Positions 13,513 to 33,183 of a stretch of DNA of 64,000 bases are shown here, piece by piece. The notes under the pieces are model-generated. The model did not search any database, was not told the DNA's origin, and worked only from the letters and a program-made list of their open reading frames with translations. Source of the DNA: Octopus vulgaris (taxonomy: Eukaryota); the NCBI GenBank assembly GCA_951406725.2, contig OX597827.1:76756001-76820000 (forward strand). Reading direction: 5' to 3'. Position numbers and translations under genes: made by a program. Within the stretch, counting starts at the first letter, position 1, and each line of letters opens with the position of its first letter.

Positions 13513-14059
13513 ATGGAGGCACGTGGCTTAGTGGTTAGGGTGTCAGCACCATGATTGTAAGATTGTGGTTTCAATCCCTGGACCGAGCGACACATTGTTT
13601 TCGATTTGAGGCTGGTCGATTTGGTCGATTTGTTTGACTAAAAAACCCCTTCAAAGCCATGCCCCAGCATGGCTGTTGTCCAATGAGTGAAGCAAGCCAA
13701 AGATAAATGATAAGACTGCAGGTGTGTAAAGAGTGGTCAATGATGGTGATGTTGGTGTTGCGGTGTTGTCATTGCTGTTTAACCCTGAGTCAACCTTATT
13801 GAGCAGATCTACAATCAATTTCCATTCTAGTCATGACAAACCCAATCTTCTCTTGGATTTTGTCTACCTTGGACTACATTGTGCAATGTGTCTCTCTTTT
13901 CCGTATAATTTGAGGGAGATTTAGCTGCCCTCTCCATCACATTGATTGACAGTTTTGTCATATTGCTTGGAGTGGTGAGGGTGGTGAGTGGAAGATGGAC
14001 AGAGTAGGGGGCAGCAGCAGGGATGGTGGGGATGGTTGGTATGGTAACAGAGATAAGAT

Positions 14060-21600
<7,541 letters not shown>

Positions 21601-21699
21601 ATAATGATGCTCTGTATATTGGCCACAAGGGCATTTTACATGCAAAGAAGAGATTACTATACTCTTAGGCATGTATACATACATACATCTATATATATA

Positions 21700-21982
21700 T
21701 GTTCTTTGGCATCCATCGATCTTGAGAGTTCATGGAGTTTGTGCTCTAAGAGGGTGTCTAGGAACAGCGACAGGTATGGCTTGCCAGACCAATGCAGGTA
21801 TAACAGTCTCTTCCACAAGGAATGCACACAAACTCTGCCGCTGGGTTTACTGTTTCACTTCCAGATTTTTCTGATTCGTCTTTTTATCTTGGCATATTCC
21901 AAACCTTTGGAGGCCCTCCCTGATTTTTGACTGCATCTATTGTTTCCCTGTTATTGAGATTTACTCTAAGAGCCTTCAAGTC
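21700..21982 (-). mobile_element. RTE-clade LINE 3' end (degenerate)
   Basis: KDLCKRDLKALRVN...FVCIPCGRDCYTCIGLASHTCRCS*: the terminal C2H-type motif of RTE ORFs. Confidence 0.7.
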
Positions 21983-21995
21983 TCTTTTGCAGAGG

Positions 21996-22045
<50 letters not shown>

Positions 22046-22141
22046 CGGGAAGCTTTATGAAAATAAACAAAAGACGAAGGCAGGTGGAATACAAACAAAC
22101 AATTGTATTAGTATGGCGCTCAGGAATAGAAATGAAACAAG

Positions 22142-22179
22142 TCTTTTACGTTTCGAGCCTACGCTCTTCAACAGAAAGA
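22142..22179 (-). ncRNA. Hammerhead-like motif, variant core CUGUUGA
   Basis: UCUUU-CUGUUGA-A-GAGC-GUAG-GCUC-GAAA-CG-UA-AAAGA: 5-bp helix I, 4-bp helix II, GUA triplet. Confidence 0.55.
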
Positions 22180-22540
22180 TACACAGAAAAGAAACACGGA
22201 GAGAAACAAGGAGAGAAAAAAAATGCGTGCAGAAGCTAGTGAATCAACATATATATATATGTTGTTATTCTACCAAATATATACGTTTTATTTATTATTT
22301 TGCACATTAATTAATCATTGTTATATGTTTTATCTTATATTTAATCTTACTATAAGATGTAATTCTTCTAGATGGTATAATTTAATTTTTCATTATTGAA
22401 TTGATAAAAGCTGGGTTTTTTCTAATTTATATATATATATATATATTATATTTGGTGAAATTTAATTTAGTATTTCTAAACTGAATTTTTCCCTGTACGT
22501 TTAGAATAATATTCCCTCATATTATTATTATATATATATA

Positions 22541-22750
22541 TAGTTAATCCAAACATGAAAACACAAAGAGAAAACACAACAACGCGAGGATGTGGAACAA
22601 ATATAGTATTATTGGATGCTCAAGAAGGAAGGGAAGAAGAAGGGTTTAACGTTTCGAGCGGAGCTCTTCGTCAGAAACATAGGAAACGGAAAGATCCAGA
22701 GAAGGGAAGACAGAGGAAAAAACATCGCCAACGGTACACACGAGGTCACA
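22541..22750 (-). mobile_element. ~210-bp hammerhead-bearing repeat (family E), copy 2
   Basis: Reverse-complement match to 12351-12560; 3' end abuts (TA)n. Confidence 0.75.
22644..22678 (-). ncRNA. Minimal hammerhead ribozyme motif
   Basis: GUUU-CUGACGA-A-GAGC-UCC-GCUC-GAAA-CG-UU-AAAC, with palindromic AACGUU in place of helix III. Confidence 0.6.
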
Positions 22751-22752
22751 TT

Positions 22753-22789
<37 letters not shown>

Positions 22790-23395
22790 AATGTCAGACG
22801 ATGGAATGAGTGCTCTACACTGCATTGTTGGATAAATAATTTCTTTATTTGTAGATTAAGGCTACCATTGGTTCCATGTTAAGAAGTGTAGTAAAATATC
22901 CAAGTCTTTACTCTTTTACTCTTTTACTTGTTTCAGTCATTTGACTGCGGCCATGCTGGAGCACCGCCTTTTAGTCGAGCAAATCGACCCTGGGGACTTA
23001 TTCTTTGTAAGCCCAGTACTTATTCTATCGGTCTCTTTTGCCGAACCGCTAAGTGACGGGGACGTAAACACACCAGCATTGGTTGTCAAGCAATGCTAAG
23101 GGGACAAACACAGACACATACAATTAAGTCTCTTAATTTTTCAAGCCAATCACATGGAGAAAGGTGTTCGCCTCCATTTTGGAAAACAATCTTGTTAAGC
23201 CACTCAGATATTTTTCTACTCTTTTTAACATGAAACCAATGATAGCCTTAATTTACAAATAAAGAATATATATATATATATACATACATCTCATCTATAT
23301 CTATATCTATATATATAGATTCAGATGAATATGGTACTTAAGTTGAGGCACCAGAATTTAGTACAGTATTATCCATACAATGTCAAAATGTCTTT

Positions 23396-23484
23396 GTGCA
23401 GCTGAAGATTGCTCTGCATTTCAAATTGATGTAACGATTGCATTGTTCAATTAAATGGAGTTGCATGAAACGATCGTACTGCAT
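23396..23484 (+). ncRNA. Type I hammerhead ribozyme motif with long helix II
   Basis: GUGCAG-CUGAAGA-(U)UGC...CAUUU...AUUGA(loop)UCAAU...AAAUG...GCA(U)-GAAA-C-GAUC-G-UA-CUGCAU: 6-bp helix I, palindromic CGAUCG helix III, GUA triplet. Confidence 0.75.
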
Positions 23485-23729
23485 TACCTCTGGATATCCT
23501 TGTTGCTTATTTTGATCTATATATATATATATATATATATATATTGAAAAGGTTGCAAGATGCAATGAAAATTTTAGGAAAATAAAAATAAGAAAAAAGT
23601 GGAAATTTTACCAGTGAGTGTGTTACATTATAAGGCACAAAAAGAGAATGACTCTCCCCAGACACAACAGAAAATGTTTCAACACACGAACTCATATAAG
23701 GAATCTTGCAAACCAAATCCCAAAACGAA

Positions 23730-23777
<48 letters not shown>

Positions 23778-24753
23778 CACACACACACACACACATATAT
23801 GTATGCACACATACATGTGCCGGTGCCATACATGAAGTACTGGTGCTGGTGCCATGTAAAAGCTTCCAGTGCATTCTGTAAAGTGGTTGGCATTAGGAAG
23901 GGCATTGAGTCATAGAAACTAGGTCCAAAACAGACGACTGGAGCCTGGTGCATCTCTCTGGCTTGCCAGCTCCTGTCAAACTGTCCGACCCATGCAAGCA
24001 CGGAAAACAGATGTTAAATGATGATACTGATGATGATATGCGTGTGTGTGTGTGTGTGTGTGTACGTGGGATGGGAGGTCAGGTCACTTGTGAGGTCTCT
24101 CATGAGTGTTACTAGAAACATGGAATTCAGAACAACTTGATGCCTGTTTGAGTCATCAGCGACTAAAATGGTACTGCCACTAGGCTTGCTTGGAGAGGAA
24201 GGTTATCAGTAAACCAGCAGGACTAGAAACAAGGCTTGTCAAAAGGACGGGTGAACCTAGTGTAGGTTCAGCGACTATTTAGCAATAGCACAGGCCCTCA
24301 GAAATTCCAGGTTGGTGTCTGGTGTGCTGGGGGACCACTGGGAGCTTTTTGTTAAAGCATGTCTCTAGGAGAAGGGCACACTGATATAATACCAGTAAAG
24401 TAGGGAACGGCATTGGCCATTTTAGGGGTCTTTTGCTTGTGCATGAGATCATGATGCTCCCATGTTTCTGATTCTGTGACCATCTTGACACTGAATTCAG
24501 AAGGTCTGTGAGATGCCATGCAAGCCTTATTGGACATAAAGATTTTAGACTGCGCAACTGCATGGACATAGCTGGCATTTTACATGGACAATGGTCAGTG
24601 ATGGTCTTCTTCAATCCCCAGTGGACGCCCATCACTATCACTCCTTTCACCGAGCATCAAGCCAATGCCCTCCTTGTGCTCATCCTCACATTCGTTGCTT
24701 TTCTTCTTTTCATGCTTTATTTGTTTACTTGAACTGTTTATTTATTTGAATTG

Positions 24754-24844
<91 letters not shown>

Positions 24845-25049
24845 GTATATATATATATATAAGTTCAGCAAAAATTTAGATTCAAATGAATATGGTACTT
24901 AATTTAGATGCACCAGAATTCTGTATGGTGTTATCCATAAAAATCCTTGGGGTGATTATAATCAAAATAAGCAACAAGAATGACTCCGGTAATTTGGTAC
25001 GATCGTTTCGTACTACATCATTTTATTAAATGTTGTAAGTATTACAAAC

Positions 25050-25655
25050 AGTTGAAGGAATCTGGGGTAGAGGTAGACCCAGGAAAACATGGGATGAGGT
25101 GGTCAAGCATGACCTTCGAACGTTGGGCCTCACAGAGGCAATGACGAAAGACTGAGACCTCTGGAGATATGCAGTGACTGTGAAGACCCAACAAATGAAG
25201 TGAGTTCATGGCTCGCAGAATGGCCTGCTGTGTTTACCTTGGATCGTGGGGCAACCTGCTGTGCTTGAGGAGACCTATTGAGTCAAGTACATCAACATCA
25301 AAATAAAAATCAAATGGAAATTGTAGTTGTGATACCTGTGCCGGTGGCACGTAAAAAGCACCATCTGAACATGGCCAATGCCAGCGCCACTTTTACTGGC
25401 GTCCGTGCTGGTGGCACATAAAAAAGCACCAACCAATCATGGTCATTGCTAGCCTCCCCTGGCACCTGTGCCGGTGGCATGTAAAAAGCACCCACTACAC
25501 TCACGGAGTCGTTGGCATTAGGAAGGGCTTCCAGCTGTAGAAACACTGCCAGATCAGACTGGAACCTGGCACAGCCTCCTGGCTTCCCAAACTCCAGTCG
25601 AACCATCCAACTCATGCTAGCATGGAAAATGGACGTTAAATGATGATGATGATGA
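25050..25655 (+). mobile_element. RTE LINE C-terminus plus long 3' UTR with internal subrepeats and (GAT)n tail (family C)
   Basis: VEGIWGRGRPRKTWDEVVKHDLRTLGLTEAMTKD*DLWRYAV is contiguous with gtgccggtggcacgtaaaaagcacc subrepeats and ends gacgttaaatgatgatgat. Confidence 0.75.
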
Positions 25656-26439
25656 CACATATTATTGTCATCATCTTTTGTCATTTAACGTCCATGTTTG
25701 ATACAGTTATGAGTTGAATGGTGAAAGAGGAACCGAATAACAAACCCAAAGTCTGCATTATGTTCCCATCTTAGCTTTGATATGGTGTCTACAGCTGGAT
25801 GCCCATCCTAATATCAATCACTTTGCAATATAGACTAGGTGTTCTTTTTTTTGTATGGCACCAACACAGGTGAGGTTACCATGTAACTTGCCAGACTAAG
25901 AACCTTTTGACTGTGGGAGATTTCAGAGGAGAGGGTGGTAGATATATGCTGGGAAATGAAAGGTACCGCTAATCTGAAGTAGCCTCTATGTAGTCATTTG
26001 ACCTGCTAGAAATAGCAGCCAAATCTCCTTCAAATAACACTTGATCATTTTTTGAAACTATATCAAATGCTGTGATACTGAGTGTCCTCTGCATATAAAT
26101 GGTGACAGCGGTAATTCCTTTTCTAATAGGGGCTGTTTGGTCAGGGCTTATCTTTGGCCAACATCAACAATAACAATAATTTCTATGAGGTTCACTTCTG
26201 GTAAGGCCTTGTGGTCTTGAAGGGTCATTAGAACTTGGATCTTCACATGGGCTTCGTCAGTAACATTGTCCATATGTGTGTGAGCGTGAGTGTGTCTGTA
26301 TACAATTTCATCTGGATGTATTTATGCGTATATATGTGTTTGTCTTTCTGCCTTTTTATACATATGTGCTTGCGTATGCATGTGTCTGTGCGTGTGCATA
26401 TCTGTGCGTATGTAGATACATATAAATCTACACATACTC

Positions 26440-26656
26440 TCTCTTTTACTCTTTTACTTGTAGCCATACTGGAGCACCGCCTTTAGTCGAGCAAACCGAC
26501 CCCAGGACTTATTCTTTGTAAGCCTAGTACTTATTCTATCGGTCTCTTTTGCCGCACTGCTAAGTTATGGGGACGTAAACGCACCAGCATCAGTTGTCAA
26601 GCGATGGTGGGGCGACAAACACACACACAAACGTATACACACACATACATACATAC

Positions 26657-26709
<53 letters not shown>

Positions 26710-26877
26710 TATATATACGACAGGCTTATTTCAGTTTCCGCCTACCAAATCCACTCACAAGGCTTTGGTCAGCCCGAGGCTATAGTAGAAGACACTTGCC
26801 CAAGGTGCCACACAGTGGGACTGAACCCGGAACCATGTGGTTGGTAAGCAAGCTACTTACCACACAGCCACTCCTAT
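26440..26877 (-). mobile_element. SINE family A
   Basis: Reverse-complement match to family A. Confidence 0.8.
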
Positions 26878-27949
26878 GCCTATGTGTGTGTGTGTGTGTG
26901 TGTCTTCATCAGTAACATTGTTTTGGATCATCTCTGTGTGCACCATCTGTCCGTATCATCACAACAAGGCTTACATGACTCCAAGTGTGTGTCCATGGGT
27001 GTGATGAAGCAATTCTCTCCAAACATATCATCTCTTCTTGTGTCCTGATGATGAAATATATGTTTCCCTATGCCCTACCCCAGTTGACAGAACAGACACC
27101 TTATTTCACATTGATCAGAACTTCCTCAAATTTCTTCTTCAGCAGTATATGAAAGCCTTTTTTTTTCTATGTTTTTCCTGACAAACAAATGTCATTTTTT
27201 CCCCTCATGCTTTCCTGCATAAATTGTGAGGGCAAAGAGGTACTCTCTTTTGTATCATACCTTTTCCAAGCTTTTTCCCTTTATTTCAATTTAACCAATG
27301 TTGCATGTTTCCCTTTGGCTTGCAATGCTGGCAAAAGATCAATTGCTGTTGTTCTTTGAAGTGCTCTTTTGAATGATTTGAATGTTGGTGCTTTCAATTG
27401 TCAAATTATGACATTTTCTAAGTCACAATCCTGTAAATGTTTGTTCCATTATCATTTATTCTTCTTTTATCTTCTATCTTTTACCTGTTTCACTCATTAG
27501 ACTGCGGCCATGCTGGGGCACTACTCATTCTCTTTATCTTTCTTCTTTAAATCGGTTTCAGTATTTCCCAAACAACTGGGTGTGTATTTCCTGGTACAGC
27601 TGCTATAAGCTAGCTGACACCTTTTCTCATTATCCCAGAAGTGACCATATTGAACTACCAAAAAACCCCCAAAATAGCTGTTTGAAATAATTGTATATAC
27701 AATAAAAATGTGTGAGGACGAACCTAGTTTTCTGCGTCCCTGGGTAACAAGTTAATAATGGAGTAGATGTTGAATTGTGCCAAAGATGTTTGTTGGTTAA
27801 AAGACAACTCTTAGGGGGAAAATCTTCTTTTCTTTTTCATAATGATGATATAAAGAATTTTTTAAAAAAAGAGATTTGAAGGTGGGAGTGAAGGGGAGGA
27901 GAAAATAGAAGACGAAGCTGAAGGTCAAAGGTTAAAGTTATAAGAAAAA

Positions 27950-28937
27950 AATAAGTGGTGACTGAAGAAGAAGAAGAAGAAGAAGAAGAAGAAAAAAAAG
28001 AAGAAGAAAAAGAAAAAGAAGAAGAAGAAGAAGAAGAAGAAGAAGAAGAAGAAGATGATGTTGATGGAGATGAAAGGAAAAAATAAAAACAGAGAGAGAA
28101 AAAGAAAGTAAAAGATGGGGAAGTGATAGGGAAGTAGTGGGAGGAAAGGGAAGAATGAGGGGTGGAGAGAGGGAAGGCAATAAAAAAATGAAGGATCAAT
28201 GAATGGGAGGTTAGCTGAAGGGGGTGGGGAGAGGAAATGAGAATGTAGAAGAGGAGTGAGAGAGAGAGAGAGAGAGAGTGTGTGCGTTGTAAGAATGAGA
28301 GAGTTTGTGCATAGGAGAGAAAGAGAGAGGCAGAGAGACTGTGTACGAGAGAGAGAGAGAGAGAGATAAAAAAGAGAGAGACAGTAAGCATGTATGGGAG
28401 AGAGAAAGACAGTTTGTGTGAGAAAGAGAGAGAGGTTGTGTGTGTATGATGATATTTCTATGTGTGTGTGTGTGTGTGTATGTGTGTGAGTGTGTGTGTG
28501 CTTACATGTCCATATATCTGTATGGTTCCTTTATTGGAGTTATCTCCCTTATCTCTTGCTTTTTTTTGTTATCTATTTTAAACAGCATAGAGGGAGGTTT
28601 TTTCTACCAATTGTATGGATAATCGCCTTTAACCAAACACCTTTTTTTTTACTCTAATTTTTAATTTAACCCCAACTCTGTATTTCTTATGGATCTCAGG
28701 TAAAATATATCTACATGAGTATGTTTTTGCATGTATTCGTGTATGTATGTATGTGTGTGTGTGTGTCTGTGTGTGTCCATATGTGTGTGAGTGTGTCTGT
28801 ATACAATTTCATCTGTATGTATTTATGCGTATATATGTGTTTGTCTTTCTGCCCTTTTATACATATATGCTTGCGTATGCATGTGTCTGTGTGCATGTAG
28901 ATACATATAAATCTACATGTGTGTGTATGTGTGTGTG

Positions 28938-29011
<74 letters not shown>

Positions 29012-29129
29012 TGTGTGTGTGTGTGTGTCTTAGTGTGTTTTCTTGTGTGTATGTAGATACATATAAATCTACATGTGTGTGTATGTGTGTGTGTATATAT
29101 ATATATATGTGTGTGCATGTGTGTGTGTG

Positions 29130-29162
<33 letters not shown>

Positions 29163-29231
29163 CTTAGTGTGTTTTCTTGTGTGTATGTAGATACATATAA
29201 ATCTACATGTGTGTGTATGTGTGTGTATATT

Positions 29232-29284
<53 letters not shown>

Positions 29285-29365
29285 GTGTGTGTGTGTCTTA
29301 GTGTGTTTTCTTGTGTGTATGTAGATACATATAAATCTACATGTGTGTGTATGTGTGTGTATATT

Positions 29366-29396
<31 letters not shown>

Positions 29397-30165
29397 CTTA
29401 GTGTGTTTTCTTGTGTGTATGTATTACTGTACATGTATGCAGTTGTGTATATGTATGCACTGAGTTTGTGAGTGTATCTATATGTAATAGTCTCATGTGT
29501 GTGTGTGCGGATCAGTGTGTATGCGTGTCTGCGTGTGTATGTGTACCTTGTCTATTCATTAGGATGTGTATGCGTACTGTGTGTATATATATATGTGGTT
29601 ATTACTGTGTTTTGTGTGTCTATATATGTATATATATCAGTGTATGTGCAACAGTATATATGAACATGTATGTGTGTGCGGGTGTATGTTTGTATGCGTG
29701 TGTATGTATGTGTGTGTATTATGTAGGTGTTTATGTGTGTGTATGTATGCATGCGTGTGTGTGTAAGTGTGTGTATGTATGTATGTATGTATGTATATAC
29801 GTTTGTGTATGTATGTGTGTATGTACGTATGCATGTGTGTGTGTATGTATATACATGCATGTATGTATGTGTGTATGTGTGTGTATGTGTGTATGTGTAT
29901 GTATCTATGTGTATGTATGCATTTGTGTATATATGTACATATGTGTATGTATGTGTGTATGCATGTACGTATGTGTGTGTATGCATGTGTTTATGTATGT
30001 ACGTATGTGTATGTATGTATGTGTGTATGTGTGTATTTATGTATATATGTATGTATGTGTGTATGTATGTATAATTATGTGTGTATGTGGTGTGTTGTGT
30101 GTGTGCGTATGCGTAGGCGTATGTATGCATAATAGCATATGTGTGTGCATGTGTGTGTTTGTGCA

Positions 30166-30196
<31 letters not shown>

Positions 30197-30754
30197 TCGT
30201 GTGTCTGTGTGTCTGTGTGTGTACACAGTGTGTGAATCGATGAATTGAACGAAGAGAAGAAAGACAGACCAGGAAATCAGAGAGCATCATGGGAGAAAAG
30301 GAAGAAGAAGAAGAAGAAGAAGAAGAAGAAGAAGAAGAAGAAGAAGAACAAGAAGAACAAGAAGAACAAGAAGAACAAGAAGAACAAGAAGAAGAAGAAG
30401 AACAAGAACAACGACAAGAGAGAAGTGGAGGAGCTGTGGTCTATACAAGACTGTGTCTGTGTGTCCGTCTCTGCTGTTTGGTTTCATGCAGGAGTTTGCC
30501 TTGTGTGTATGTGTGTAGGTATATGTATGGAGTTGCACATGTGTCCATGGTTGTGTGTATATAAATATGTATGTGCATGTATGTGTGTGTGTGTGTGTGA
30601 TTATGTTTGAGTCTGGAGACATTCATATATCAATGTGTTTATGTGTGTTTAGGTGAGTGTGTGCGTGTGTGTGTGTCTGTATCGTTAGAGATGAAAGGAG
30701 ATTCAGTGTGTATTTATCAATATATATGAATGTATATATGTATACACATATATT

Positions 30755-30800
<46 letters not shown>

Positions 30801-30908
30801 CACACACACATATATATGAATATATTTAAATATATACATACACAGCAAATATTTACATTCATGCATATATTCATATATATATATATACATATATATGTAC
30901 AGATATAC

Positions 30909-30973
<65 letters not shown>

Positions 30974-31130
30974 CACATATATACACATATATATACATGT
31001 ATATATACATATATGCATATTTATATACACACTCACATATGTGTGTGTGTGTATATAAATATGTATATATATATATATACATGTAAACACACATATCACA
31101 CGTGTTTATATATGTATATATGTGTGTGTG

Positions 31131-31216
<86 letters not shown>

Positions 31217-31237
31217 CAGATAGACAGACAGACAGAC

Positions 31238-31298
<61 letters not shown>

Positions 31299-31582
31299 TG
31301 TATGTTTGCATGTATATGTCTGCATGTGTGCACAAGCACACCCACCCACATAGTAAACAAGTGAGAAAGAGATAGGATGAGATGGTGAGAGACACAAAGA
31401 CAGAGAGATTGAATGGAAGAGTAAAAGAGAGAAATGAAAGATTAATTAGACAATTAGGGAGAAAATGAGAGAAGTTATGGATAAACTTAACAGAGACAAA
31501 GATAAAGAGAGAGATGGGGAGAGGAGGAGATAAATAGACAGATAAAGAAAGAGAAATAGTGATAATTTGATAGACAGACAGA

Positions 31583-31630
<48 letters not shown>

Positions 31631-31633
31631 CAC

Positions 31634-31676
<43 letters not shown>

Positions 31677-31677
31677 C

Positions 31678-31740
<63 letters not shown>

Positions 31741-31954
31741 CATATATATATATATATACATATATATATACACACACACACACACACATAGATAGATAGA
31801 TAGATAGATTTTTGCCATATTTTCTCTATCTCCTCCCCCCTTCTCTTCAGTCACTCCATTGATCTTTCTGCCTATCCAGCTAATCGTTCACCCATCAATA
31901 TCTCTCCCCCATTCCAATCCTCTCCATTTCCCTCTTTCCCCCTCTCTCTCACCG

Positions 31955-31998
<44 letters not shown>

Positions 31999-32080
31999 CA
32001 TATATACATGTGTGTGTGTGTGTGTGTGTGTGTATGTATATATATATATGTGTATATATATATGTGTATATATATATGGG
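27950..32080. repeat. Compound microsatellite block with (GAA)n, (TG)n, (TA)n, (GATA)n and a 4-copy higher-order repeat at ~28895-29415
   Basis: Directly visible; recurring unit gtcttagtgtgttttcttgtgtgtatgtagatacatataaatctacatg. Confidence 0.95.
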
Positions 32081-32559
32081 GGTGCGTGTGTGTGTATGGT
32101 CAGTGATTATGAGCTTGCAGTGGTGCGAATCGAATTTCAGCAGCAAAAGAAGAAGTACTCAATACTGCTTGACTGAGTGGAATAACGTTTATTCAAATGT
32201 GAGTCTGCGTGAGTCACGACTCAGTGCTACTCATTCCTGATCTTCAGCCCTGAATATGGGAACAAGAACCTTTGACTCAACTTTGACTCCTACGTATGTA
32301 TACATATTATACAATATGTGTGTGTGTGTGTATGAAGGCACGTGGCTTAGTGGTTAGGGTAGGCACCTCGTGATCATAAGGTCATGATTTCAATACTCAG
32401 TGGTATATTGTATCCTTAAGCAAAACTCTTTATTTCACGCTGTTCCAGTCCACTTGGCTGGCAAAAATGAGTAATACCAGTAATTCAAAGGGGGTAGGGC
32501 AAGCCTGTCACATTTTGTATCATACTGAATCTCCCTGAGAATTATGTTAAGGGTATATT

Positions 32560-32782
32560 AAGGTGGTGAGCTGGCAGAATCGTTAGCATGCCGGGCGAAA
32601 TGCGTAGCCATATTTCGTCTGAGTTCAAATTCCGCCGAGGTCGACGTTGCCTTTCATCCTTTCAGGGTCGATAAATTAAGTACCAGTTACGCACTGGGGT
32701 CGATGTAATCAACTTAATCCGTTTGTCTGTCATTGTTTGTCCCCTCTGTGTTTAGCCCCTTGTGGGTAATAAAGAAATAGGT
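32560..32782 (+). mobile_element. SINE family B
   Basis: Match to 62960-63195. Confidence 0.8.
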
Positions 32783-33145
32783 AAAACACGTATGTGGCCA
32801 GATGGAGAAGTACAAGTCACTCTTTCTGTCTTCAGCATCTGATTTGTACCTCTTGATGTCTGTTATTTTCCATCAGGTCTGTTCCTTTGAGGGAGACATG
32901 TCAACAATACAATGTCTTTTCTCTTTGTTTCCATTTATTGACATCACCTCGAAAATCTCATCCAACTCCTCACCCGTATTACTCAAAGGTTTTTACGAAT
33001 ACGTTTCTCCTTTACACATATTGCAAAGTTTCAAGTAAATTCCAATAGAAGAAAAGAGTTGTAGTTTGCTTGAAGCATTGCAGTACAGAAGCAGAATAAC
33101 AAATGAAATAAGGAAAGCTTCTAACAATGCAGAAAGTTTTAAAAG

Positions 33146-33183
33146 CCTTAATATTTCGAGTACAAAAGCCCATCTTCAGAAGA
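33146..33183 (-). ncRNA. Degenerate hammerhead-like motif
   Basis: UCUU-CUGAAGA-UGGGCUUUUGUACUC-GAAA-UA-UU-AAGG with palindromic AAUAUU; lies in one arm of an imperfect inverted repeat. Confidence 0.4.

Noticed and set aside
26604-26915. Recurrent ORFs such as RQASFSFRLPNPLTRLWSARGYSRRHLPKVP and LDALPNANHS
   Set aside because: Chance reading frames through high-copy SINE and RTE-UTR repeats.
27045-27070. CTGATGA-T-GAAA hammerhead-like string (similar lone cores at 21269, 24154, 32241, 32829 and 43362)
   Set aside because: No helix II and/or no helix I complementarity in register.
26925-27440. Complex sequence possibly derived from a transposase or pseudogene (also 2345-2620, 10900-11400, 24280-24660 and 32800-33060)
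   Set aside because: The frames I read are interrupted and show no motif I can name with confidence; BLASTX is needed.
28895-29415. CRISPR-like repeat-spacer pattern (also 3730-4030 and the family C subrepeats)
   Set aside because: The spacers are microsatellites or near-identical, the context is eukaryotic and there are no cas genes; these are higher-order tandem repeats.
30289-30420. Poly-Glu/Gln ORF start (MGEKEEEE...)
   Set aside because: A (GAA)n/(GAACAA)n repeat running into TG repeats, with no splice or domain support.
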